NCBI GenBank assembly: GCA_020697715.1
Contig: JAEHCO010000001.1
Coordinates: forward strand, 608,001-672,000
Length of the DNA: 64,000 bases
From: Methanobacteriota archaeon
GTDB lineage: Archaea; Thermoplasmatota; Thermoplasmata; SG8-5; JAGLSY01
Direction of reading: 5' to 3'
Part shown: one piece after another, positions 1 through 8,475 of the stretch
How the letters are laid out: each line of letters starts with the position of its first letter
Position numbering within the stretch: the first letter of the stretch is position 1
The notes under the pieces: generated by a model
Told to the model about the DNA's origin: nothing
What the model saw: only the letters and a program-made list of their open reading frames with translations
Databases searched by the model: none
Program-made: the position numbers and the translations under genes

Positions 1-1062
1 CCGGATAGAGCGATCATCGAACCACACATGATGCTCGGATTGCCTGGGATAAATCCAATAATACCTCTTTGGTATGGAATTCTCGGTCTGGTCGTCGCTA
101 TCATAATCCACGAGTTCTCACATGGTATAATGGCCCGTCATGCGGACGTGAAAGTCCTATCACTCGGCCTTACTTTCTGGATAATCCCAATGGGCGCCTT
201 CATGGAGCCAGATGAGGAGAAGATTCTGAAGATAGATGCCAAGCACAGGACAAGGATGTTCGCTGTTGGCCCTGCATCTAATCTCATAGTCGCTGCTGTT
301 TGTGCGATGATATTTTCCGGCTTGCTCATGGGGGCTGTTGGCCCTGCGAACAATGGTGATGGTATTGGAATTACTGGCATAGTGGCTGATTCCCCAGCCT
401 ATGATAATCTAACTGCAGGTGCTATCATGGTGTCTTTCAATGGCACCCCAGTTCAAACTTATGGTGATTTCTCGGATCTTGTTCAGGATACCACCGCGGG
501 ACAGAACGTGACCATCGATACCTATCACAAGGACACAGGGTCCGATTCGATCACTTTGACCATGGCCAATAGATATGATTATACAGATGAAGAAGAAGAT
601 AATGGCACAGGATATCTGGGTGTTTCCACTCAGGACATATCCACCGACGCCTTCCATCCCTTCAAGGGGGCGGATGAGCAGGGCGGCATTATCCAATCAA
701 TGGCCTTGTACATCACTCTGCCATTGCAGAGGATGAGCCCGGTATCGGAAGACACGAGCGTCTTCTACGAGATAACAGGTCCACTTTCATCCATCCCCGA
801 ACCTATCTTCTGGGTCATAGCCAATTCCATCTACTGGATCTTCTGGCTGAACCTTATGGTAGGGCTTACTAATGCATTGCCAGCTGTTCCTCTGGACGGC
901 GGATACATATTCAAGGACTGGCTCGAAGGCCTTGTAAAGAGGCTGAAACCCAATATGGAAGAGGAAAAGAGAACAAAGGCCATAGATTCGACGACCATGT
1001 TCCTGGCATTCTCCATTCTATTTCTAATACTGTGGCAGATCATCGGGCCGCGTATACTTTAG
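1..1062 (+). CDS. Site-2 (M50 family) membrane metalloprotease with PDZ domain, 5'-truncated by window edge
   Basis: HEFSH zinc motif, NALPAVPLDGG motif, PDZ-like segment (IVADSPA), several TM helices; frame open from base 1. Confidence 0.9.
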   Translation, partial: PDRAIIEPHMMLGLPGINPIIPLWYGILGLVVAIIIHEFSHGIMARHADVKVLSLGLTFWIIPMGAFMEPDEEKILKIDAKHRTRMFAVGPASNLIVAAVCAMIFSGLLMGAVGPANNGDGIGITGIVADSPAYDNLTAGAIMVSFNGTPVQTYGDFSDLVQDTTAGQNVTIDTYHKDTGSDSITLTMANRYDYTDEEEDNGTGYLGVSTQDISTDAFHPFKGADEQGGIIQSMALYITLPLQRMSPVSEDTSVFYEITGPLSSIPEPIFWVIANSIYWIFWLNLMVGLTNALPAVPLDGGYIFKDWLEGLVKRLKPNMEEEKRTKAIDSTTMFLAFSILFLILWQIIGPRIL

Positions 1063-1085
1063 ATATCACTATATCCGTATGTAGG

Positions 1086-4001
1086 TCATCGACTTTGATC
1101 CAGTAATGCATCACAATCCTTCATCATCTTGACCATTCCAGATCTCTCAAATATCTCTTTAGCTTCTTCAATCAGCCTACGGCCTTCTTCATTACCTTCA
1201 TCTTTCAATAATAAGATCCCATGCTCGAAAAGTGTCTTGGCAGCCTCAGCCTCCATCCCCAGTTCTCCGAAGGTACTGGCCGCTAATTCCAGGCAATCAC
1301 AGGCCTTATTTTTCTGCCCCTTTGCCGCATGGATCATGCCTTGTGCCCTGAGTCCCCATATCTCTGTTCTTTTAGATCCTATCTCCAGTGATAGGGTTAT
1401 ACCCGCCTCACAATCGGCCGCTGCTTTTTCCATCTGGCCAAGGGCAACCCTCGATGGGATCACAGCCGTTAGATTGTTCACTATCTGCTGTTTATCGCCT
1501 ATATCGCGAGCGATCTTCAATGCTTTATCATAAGCCACTATGGCCTCTTCATGCCTTTCCTGCTCGGCCAGCACATTACCGATATTGTTCAGTGATGAGG
1601 CCATTCCACTGGGGTCCCCGGTCTTCTCCATTATCCTTAGGCATTCCTCATAGTATTCCAGGGCCTTATCGAAATCCCCCATGTTCTTTCTTATGATGCC
1701 GATATTGTTCAGTGTGTAGGATTTACCCTGCAGGTCCTTGGTCTTTTCCAAAAGCTCCAGAGCCTCTTCATAATACTTCATGGCCTCAAGGAATGAGCCT
1801 TTGGCCAGATACACATTTCCAATGTTGTTGTAAGCCGCACTCAGGCCATAGAGGTCGTTCAATTCCTCTCCCATCTTCTTCCCCATATCGTGACACCTCA
1901 GGCTCTCATCATGATTTCCCATGAGCAGATGGCAGACACCCAGTATCTTCCAGGCCCGACCAGCGGTCTTCTTCGCATCTATACTGTCCACATCCTCAAG
2001 GATCTCTATACCATTCTGTGCCATGCTTATCGTATCATCAAAATGCCCTTTATTGAGATTCACGAAGGACCTGGCTATCATAAGGAATCCCATCTCATCA
2101 TGTTTTATTTCCTCCAGTAGTTCTTCGGCTTCAGTGAGCTCCGCAAGAGCATCATCGAACTGCCCGTGCATTGTCATGATATAGGCTCTTCGTCTGTGTA
2201 TACGGGCTTTTGAACCATCATCATCCGCCGCATCCAGTGCCTTTGAATAAGTTTCTAGAGAACTCTCAAACGACCCCAATAGACCTTTCATCTCCCCCAC
2301 CCTTTCCAGAAGCATGAACTCATGCTCGCGAGCGAGAGGGCCTAATTTCATTTTAGGGATCGCATCCACTGCCTTTAGATAGAATTCTGTGGCCAGATCT
2401 GGTGAGAAGGAGCTTTCTGCCTTTTCGCCAGCTAATCTGGAGTAATCAAAGCTCTTTGTATGCTCCCTTGAGTTGGAAAAGTGTCTTGCCAGTTCATATA
2501 TGACCTCATCTTGTTTAGACGCATATTCCTTCTCATACCACTCTCCGATCTCCTTGTGATAGAGCATCTTCCACCTATCTGGAAGGCTATCGTACACAAT
2601 ACTCTGGAACATGGCATGGGAAAACTGATCGATATCATTGATATTGACGAATATCCCTGCTTTACCTAGCTTTTCTATTGAGCTTCCAGGGTCCTTCAAT
2701 GAGTTGGAGGTCAATAAGACCTTTCTGTCGAACTCCTTTCCTACGCAGGAGGCGAATTCCATGAGGGCCAAAGAGCCTGTATCAAGCACTTCCAATCTGT
2801 GCTGGACCACGGCCTCTATGGTATCCGGCATTGTGATATTATCATCATCGAGATAGTATTTCCCTTCTTTCTTCACAATACTACCAGTGTCCTCAAGGGA
2901 TCTGAGGAGCTCGGATGCGAAGAAAGGATTGCCACCACTCTGCGATGATATATCTGCTAGGAAGTCTTTTGGGAATCTATTATTTGGAAAAAGAGCGAAT
3001 GCCAGATCCTCGATGTTATCTTCATTGAATTTGCCAAGGTCCAAGATATTGATCCCCCCATCATCTTTGACATCCTCCAAAGAATCCAGCACCTGCTTTC
3101 CTTCCCTGGGTCTAAGGGTGCCTAATATCATGATCTTTCGGTTTCGAATGTTCCTCGATATGTAATTCAGGACAAATATCGAGGATTCATCGGCCCATTG
3201 AAGATCCTCCAATAGTAAGATCATGCTCTTGTCATCACTAAGAGCATGAAGGGCTTCCAGCACCTCTTCCGATATCCTTGTCCTCTCTTGCTCCAGGCTT
3301 ATACCTTCCAGGCTCTTCCGAACTAGGAACTTGGACTGTGCCAGAAGTACGATCTCATCCTGGATCCCTTTGATATCCTCCGTACTGCCAGACCAATTTT
3401 CGAGTATATGACCGTATTTGCTTTCGATCCGATCCAAAGAGTTGCGGACCATGGATTTCATGTTCTCATGTTCGGAGCCAGTGAATACCGCTGTTAGGAA
3501 TAGATGGTCGCCATGTTCGATTATTATCTTCATATTGCCGTATTCTAAACGACCCAGGGTATTCTTGTTCTCTGTGCTTCTGTCGAAAGAATCTCTTACA
3601 AAATCCTGAACTGCTGAGAGCATACCCGCAAATATGTCTCCATCCAGACCTTCATCCTCAGGTGCTGCCTGCCCTACAAGTATGCCTGCTCTGTCCACTG
3701 CAAAGAGTTCGGTGAAAGACCTGTATTCATGATCTTCAAAAAGTGGTCTTTCAGCACTCTCGCCAAGAGCTCTTGAGAATATCTGGAACGGCTCAGAAGA
3801 TTCATCCAATGCAGTACCCATAAGGATGTCTGATGTATCACTTGATGAAGAAGCTAGGAACTCTCGTATAAGTGTGGTCTTTCCCAGACCGGCCTCTCCA
3901 GATATAAGTATGGTATTTCCCTTTCCCTCCAAAGCTCTTTCGAGTCCTTTTCTAAGTTCAGCCAGCTCCTTCTCCCGTCCAATAAATCCTTCCAAGCTCA
4001 T
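1086..4001 (-). CDS. STAND-like AAA ATPase with inserted roadblock/longin-like domain and C-terminal TPR array
   Basis: FIGREKEL, Walker A GEAGLGKT, Walker B LLLEDLQWAD, SGGNPFF motif, repeated TPRs (NNIGNVY, NNIGIIR, NNIGNVL). Confidence 0.85.
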   Translation of the reverse strand: MSLEGFIGREKELAELRKGLERALEGKGNTILISGEAGLGKTTLIREFLASSSSDTSDILMGTALDESSEPFQIFSRALGESAERPLFEDHEYRSFTELFAVDRAGILVGQAAPEDEGLDGDIFAGMLSAVQDFVRDSFDRSTENKNTLGRLEYGNMKIIIEHGDHLFLTAVFTGSEHENMKSMVRNSLDRIESKYGHILENWSGSTEDIKGIQDEIVLLAQSKFLVRKSLEGISLEQERTRISEEVLEALHALSDDKSMILLLEDLQWADESSIFVLNYISRNIRNRKIMILGTLRPREGKQVLDSLEDVKDDGGINILDLGKFNEDNIEDLAFALFPNNRFPKDFLADISSQSGGNPFFASELLRSLEDTGSIVKKEGKYYLDDDNITMPDTIEAVVQHRLEVLDTGSLALMEFASCVGKEFDRKVLLTSNSLKDPGSSIEKLGKAGIFVNINDIDQFSHAMFQSIVYDSLPDRWKMLYHKEIGEWYEKEYASKQDEVIYELARHFSNSREHTKSFDYSRLAGEKAESSFSPDLATEFYLKAVDAIPKMKLGPLAREHEFMLLERVGEMKGLLGSFESSLETYSKALDAADDDGSKARIHRRRAYIMTMHGQFDDALAELTEAEELLEEIKHDEMGFLMIARSFVNLNKGHFDDTISMAQNGIEILEDVDSIDAKKTAGRAWKILGVCHLLMGNHDESLRCHDMGKKMGEELNDLYGLSAAYNNIGNVYLAKGSFLEAMKYYEEALELLEKTKDLQGKSYTLNNIGIIRKNMGDFDKALEYYEECLRIMEKTGDPSGMASSLNNIGNVLAEQERHEEAIVAYDKALKIARDIGDKQQIVNNLTAVIPSRVALGQMEKAAADCEAGITLSLEIGSKRTEIWGLRAQGMIHAAKGQKNKACDCLELAASTFGELGMEAEAAKTLFEHGILLLKDEGNEEGRRLIEEAKEIFERSGMVKMMKDCDALLDQSR

Positions 4002-4120
4002 TCTTTCCCTCCTATGTCATCGATGACCGCTTTTCGAACATATATGATTTATGTTATCCTTCTACGATCATGCATACTTTGGTAACCCATATATCGTGGG
4101 CGATATTAGAAGTTGATAGG

Positions 4121-4216
4121 CAAACCTCTGAATTGCCCGCCCTATTTAATTGTTCAACCCCCCACCCTGCGCTCCTCCGCTGACAAAACCCGTCCCCCCC
4201 TTTTGTCTGCTCGGAG
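4121..4216. repeat. Dispersed ~95-bp structured repeat, family A copy 1
   Basis: Aligns by eye with 43529..43622 (CCTCTGAAT-GCCC...CCCCCCACCC...CTCCTC...TGACAAAACCCG..CCCCCTTTTGTCTG.TCGGAG); GACAAAA/TTTTGTC hairpin. Confidence 0.85.
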
Positions 4217-4268
4217 CTCACTATGGCTATCACTAGTAATTAGAATATTATGATATCTCATATTCTGC

Positions 4269-4964
4269 TTAATCCGAAACTATCTCGAATCCATCCTTGT
4301 CGAATATCAGTGGTGAGTATCCTCTCTTGTGGCTGGTCTGCCTCATCTTCACAACACCAAGGAATAAGTTAACCTGGTTCCCTTCTCTTTTCAGATCAAG
4401 GTGCATGATACCATCTGACAAGAAATCCTCATCGTACTTGCAGAACTGGTCCGATCCCTGTTGCATCTCGGTAATCAAGAAGGCTGTGACGTTCATATCT
4501 CTCAGCCATTCGAAGAAATGGAATAGTTCTTCTCTCGGATGCTGGAATCTGGCCATAACCTCCAGAACAGGTAATGAATCAATTACCACGACCTTGATGT
4601 CCATGTTCTTCTTCAGGTTCTGGATGTACATCTTGAAGACTTCCATCCAGGTCTGATTGGTAAGCTGGGTGAGCTTCTTCCTAATCATTCCCAGATCAAG
4701 GACACTTATCTCTTTTTCCAGACCGCCCAGCTTCATTCCCAGGCCGTCCATATTTGTTAAAAGGCTTTCCCTGCTTTGCTCCAAAGTGACATAGACTCCA
4801 CTGACATCTTCAATATTCGCATTGTGATACAAAATATTGAAAGCCAGTGAGGATTTCATTGTTCCAGGCTTGCCTGCGATAAGTATGACACTGCCATCTG
4901 GAACGCCTCCACTCATTTCCTTGTCCAGTCCCTTGATAAAGGTCTTAACTCTATTGATCTTCAT
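4269..4964 (-). CDS. KaiC/RAD55-family RecA-superfamily ATPase (single domain)
   Basis: RVKTFIKGLD...GGVP, Walker A GKPGTMKSS, YVTLEQ, VVVIDSL, VVKMRQT; start taken at MKINRV. Confidence 0.9.
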   Translation of the reverse strand: MKINRVKTFIKGLDKEMSGGVPDGSVILIAGKPGTMKSSLAFNILYHNANIEDVSGVYVTLEQSRESLLTNMDGLGMKLGGLEKEISVLDLGMIRKKLTQLTNQTWMEVFKMYIQNLKKNMDIKVVVIDSLPVLEVMARFQHPREELFHFFEWLRDMNVTAFLITEMQQGSDQFCKYDEDFLSDGIMHLDLKREGNQVNLFLGVVKMRQTSHKRGYSPLIFDKDGFEIVSD

Positions 4965-5187
4965 TGAGCTTCCTCCGATTCGATTCCCATAGTTCACTAT
5001 AATGATAAAAGCCTATCGGTTATTGAATAAGTCAAAAGTGTCAATATGGATAATTCTGGCTGGTCATTTTGACATTATATTAGTTATCATTGTTAATATT
5101 TGAGTCATATATCCGTCTATATCTTTTTATATCATCACTTATTGTTAATCTTATAATAAGTATATAATGAACCCAGGGGCTGAATTG

Positions 5188-5463
5188 ATGGTAGATGACA
5201 ATATAATATATATCGGCAAAAAAGAAACAATGAGCTATGTTCTGGCAGTGACAGGTCAGCTCAATGGAGAAGCAGGCAAGGTGACCATCAAGGCCAGGGG
5301 TAGAAGCATAAGCAAGGCGGTCGATGTGGCCGAGATAACAAGGAACAAGGTAATTACAACGGCCGTGGTGGATGATATCAAGATATACACCGAGAACCTG
5401 GAGAACGATGACGGCAGGAAGACTAATGTGTCTTCCATCGAGATCCTTTTAAAGAAGGAATGA
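5188..5463 (+). CDS. albA: DNA/RNA-binding protein Alba
   Basis: IYIGKKETMSYVLAV...IKARGRSISKAVDVAEI...NVSSIEI. Confidence 0.95.
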   Translation: MVDDNIIYIGKKETMSYVLAVTGQLNGEAGKVTIKARGRSISKAVDVAEITRNKVITTAVVDDIKIYTENLENDDGRKTNVSSIEILLKKE

Positions 5464-5518
5464 TCAGATCAATGGATTTGAATAATATATAACATAATTG
5501 ACTAGGCTGGTGCTTCCA

Positions 5519-6790
5519 ATGACTTTGAAAACTTTTCATGATAGTGTAGAACCTTTATTGGGTCAGATAGATTTTACTTTTCTTAAGGACAATAGGATAT
5601 GTTTCACATGCCTAGGCAGGATATTTGCCAAGCTCGGGCAGGATGGGGATGAAGAAGGACTGTCCAATCAGGTAAGAGGACAGGAAATAAAGAGGATGAA
5701 GGATGTGCCCGACCCAACAGAGCCTGAGGATTGCTGGCTCTGCGAAGGCATAACCAATGATTATCCAAGATTTGCTTCAATGGCGATCGAAAAGATGAAG
5801 GAATGGGAGCATGACACATTCCTCTTAGGATCCAAGTTCGATGCCGAGATGGTGGAGAAAGAGGAATTGATATGGTCGGAGATATCCGGAGAGTTCAGCG
5901 AACCCATAAAGGCCGAGTTCAACAGAGAAGTGGGCAAGCTGGTACATATTGAAATGGGCAAAGAGCCAGAATTCAGCAAGCCAGACATCGTGGCCGTGAT
6001 AGACACCATGTACGAATCAGTGAACCTTCAAATATCTCCACTGTACATTTATGGTAGATATACAAAATCCAAAAGAGGCATACCGCAGACAAGATGGCCA
6101 TGCCGGCAATGCATGGGCAAAGGTTGCAGTAAATGTGACAATACCGGCAAGCTTTATCAGACCAGTGTGGAGGAGATCGTCGCCCAGGAGGTCATGAAGT
6201 ATTCCGGAGGAAAGGATCACAGATTCCATGGCATGGGTAGGGAAGACATTGACGCTCTCATGAAAGGAAGAGGTAGGCCCTTCGTGGTGGAGATCAAGGA
6301 GCCGATGAAAAGAGCCCTTCCATTGGATAAGATAATGGAAGCTCTGCAAGATCCCGATCTGGGAGCCTCGGCCACGGAAATGCGCCCATCTGATAATGAC
6401 GAGGTGGTTCGTATCAAGAGTGCCAGATCAGATAAACAATACATGATATCAGGCATAATTCAAGGTGACTTCTCCGAGGAAAAGCTTAAAGAAGTAGTTG
6501 CATCTCTTGGTGAGAAAACGATCGATCAAAAGACCCCCACTAGAGTGAAGCATCGAAGGGCAGATAAGATCAGGAAAAGGAAAGTGAAAACAATTTCCAT
6601 TCTTGAACTGTCTGGAGATCGGGTGGCATTTGCCATTACCGCGGAAGCCGGTACCTATATCAAGGAACTGGTCCACGGGGATGATGGCCGAACCATCCCA
6701 AGCGTCGCTGGTGAGTTGGGTGTGGAGATCAAAGTAGAAGAACTGGATGTACTGGAAATATTAGACAGTGATGATCCAGGGGCTGATTGA
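5519..6790 (+). CDS. pus10: tRNA pseudouridine(54/55) synthase Pus10
   Basis: N-terminal CxxCLGR zinc site, YGRYTKSKRGIPQTRW, catalytic GMGREDID, GTYIKELVHGDDGRT. Confidence 0.95.
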   Translation: MTLKTFHDSVEPLLGQIDFTFLKDNRICFTCLGRIFAKLGQDGDEEGLSNQVRGQEIKRMKDVPDPTEPEDCWLCEGITNDYPRFASMAIEKMKEWEHDTFLLGSKFDAEMVEKEELIWSEISGEFSEPIKAEFNREVGKLVHIEMGKEPEFSKPDIVAVIDTMYESVNLQISPLYIYGRYTKSKRGIPQTRWPCRQCMGKGCSKCDNTGKLYQTSVEEIVAQEVMKYSGGKDHRFHGMGREDIDALMKGRGRPFVVEIKEPMKRALPLDKIMEALQDPDLGASATEMRPSDNDEVVRIKSARSDKQYMISGIIQGDFSEEKLKEVVASLGEKTIDQKTPTRVKHRRADKIRKRKVKTISILELSGDRVAFAITAEAGTYIKELVHGDDGRTIPSVAGELGVEIKVEELDVLEILDSDDPGAD

Positions 6791-6791
6791 A

Positions 6792-7085
6792 ATGGTAAAA
6801 AGGTCCAGAGGAATAAGAAGTAGATCAAGAATGATCTTGCGGAAATCCGTGAGACAGAAAGGCATGCCGCCATTGACCAAGACATTCGCTAATTTTGAAG
6901 ATGGCGAGAAGGTCAATATAGTTATCGAACCAAGTGTTCATAGTGGAATGCCGCATGTTAGGTTCCAAGGTTTATGTGGAACCATAACTGGAAAGCAGGG
7001 CAATGCCTTTATCGTGACTTTGAAGCACGGCAACAAGGAAAAGCAGCTTATTGTCGGTCCAGAACACCTGAAAAAGCAGGGGTGA
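6792..7085 (+). CDS. rpl21e: 50S ribosomal protein L21e
   Basis: SRGIRSRSR, GMPHVRFQG, VGPEHL; conserved position after pus10. Confidence 0.95.
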   Translation: MVKRSRGIRSRSRMILRKSVRQKGMPPLTKTFANFEDGEKVNIVIEPSVHSGMPHVRFQGLCGTITGKQGNAFIVTLKHGNKEKQLIVGPEHLKKQG

Positions 7086-7107
7086 TATTATTTCTGATAC
7101 ACAGTGT

Positions 7108-7410
7108 TTGACACTAGCAGAGGTAAAGGAGTTGCTCGAGAAAGAACAGAATGGTCGAGAGCTCAACACGGAGCAGAACTATGCTCTGACTCACGCCCTG
7201 AAGTTCGCCAAACTGGATGCGAAATCATCAAGGAAATTGGTGGAAGAGCTCCAGAAGATCGAGCCTTTATCCGAGCTTCATGCTTGTAAATTGGCAGATA
7301 TCATGCCCAAGTATCCGGATGAGGTCAGGACAATATTTGCGAAAGAAAGGTTCGTACTAGATGCGCCCCTTATCGAGCAGATATTGGAGACAATAAGGAA
7401 AAGTGAATAG
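7108..7410 (+). CDS. rpoF: RNA polymerase subunit F (Rpo4); true start may be ATT at 7090
   Basis: LAEVKELL, EQNYALTHALKF, KLADIMP...EVRTIFAKER; conserved rpl21e-rpoF-DUF655 order. Confidence 0.9.
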   Translation: MTLAEVKELLEKEQNGRELNTEQNYALTHALKFAKLDAKSSRKLVEELQKIEPLSELHACKLADIMPKYPDEVRTIFAKERFVLDAPLIEQILETIRKSE

Positions 7411-7423
7411 GCGGGGTATAGAG

Positions 7424-7972
7424 GTGGAAGACTACGCATTTATATTGGATCATTTACCACACGGGAGAGCCGACAAGAGGGGCTTCCGTCGTGAACCAAT
7501 AGCATATGCTGTAGGCGAGAGTGAGTTCAAACTGTTTGAACTCACACCCAAAGATAATGCTCCTTTGACAATTGGCGATAGGGTGTATATCGGCAAGAAT
7601 GCGGAGCTCAGGCACGATATATTGCATGTCAAGCGCAGGGTGAGATATGAAGATCTCACAAATGCATCCCATAGTGAATTGCCATATGTGCTTTTGCAGA
7701 TAGTGAAGGACAGAGAGGAATTCTTTGTCAAATTCTACAATGATGCAAGAGCCATCACCACACGTTTCCATATGCTGGAATTGCTCCCTGGATTGGGTAA
7801 AAAATCCATGTGGGCCATCATAGATGAGAGAAAGAAGAAACCTTTCACGTCCTTTGAAGATCTTGGTGAGCGCGTCTCATCTGTACATCACCCGGATAAG
7901 CTGATCGCCAAACGTATCGAGCAGGAGCTTTCAGAGGCAGAGCAGAAATACCACATATTTGTGGCAAAATAG
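7424..7972 (+). CDS. DUF655 family putative RNA-binding protein
   Basis: EDYAFILDHLPHG, ITTRFHMLELLPGLGKK HhH motif, PFTSFEDL; follows rpoF. Confidence 0.9.
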   Translation: MEDYAFILDHLPHGRADKRGFRREPIAYAVGESEFKLFELTPKDNAPLTIGDRVYIGKNAELRHDILHVKRRVRYEDLTNASHSELPYVLLQIVKDREEFFVKFYNDARAITTRFHMLELLPGLGKKSMWAIIDERKKKPFTSFEDLGERVSSVHHPDKLIAKRIEQELSEAEQKYHIFVAK

Positions 7973-8009
7973 ATAAGATCACATTTGAAAATATAATAGA
8001 GGAATTAAC

Positions 8010-8297
8010 ATGAAAGCACTTAGTACATGTAAGGGTTGTGGCCGAAAAAGGCTGTTGAACATACTGATGTTGTGCAAGAGATGCAACAAGGACGCGGGCA
8101 AGTACGTCAGCAAGAAAGAAATGGAAAAGATCCAGGCAGATTCAGCAGCGGCATCCGCAGCAGCTTCAGAAGCCAAGGCAGCCGATGCAGAGGCAGCAGC
8201 AGCCAAGGCGGAAGATGCAGCAGCAGAGGCAGCCGAGGGCGAGGAAGGAGCAGAAGGCGAGGCTCCTGCCGAGGACGCGGCTGAAAAATCTGAGTAG
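8010..8297 (+). CDS. Small basic Zn-knuckle protein (CxxC-x11-CxxC) with Ala/Glu-rich acidic tail
   Basis: CKGC...CKRC, GAGGA SD upstream of ATG, low-complexity acidic C-terminus. Confidence 0.7.
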   Translation: MKALSTCKGCGRKRLLNILMLCKRCNKDAGKYVSKKEMEKIQADSAAASAAASEAKAADAEAAAAKAEDAAAEAAEGEEGAEGEAPAEDAAEKSE

Positions 8298-8475
8298 GCA
8301 GCTTCCTATAGCCCAGCTCGTAGTTACCGAGGGATCATCATCCAGCTATAATGCTGGATGTCTATTCCTTTCAAATTATTATATCAATATCGATCCTAAA
8401 TTTCGAACCCTTTGTGGGTGGGTATAGGGTATTCCCATCTACACCTTTATGTATAACAATTAGATACAGGCATAT

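Noticed and set aside
1086-4001. STAND-TPR proteins as Avs antiviral systems
   Set aside because: No nuclease, SIR2, TIR or protease effector domain and no defence-island context were recognised; a regulatory role is more parsimonious, though defence is not excluded.
4269-4964. KaiC as a circadian clock component
   Set aside because: Single-domain protein with no kaiA/kaiB; such ATPases are common archaeal signalling proteins.
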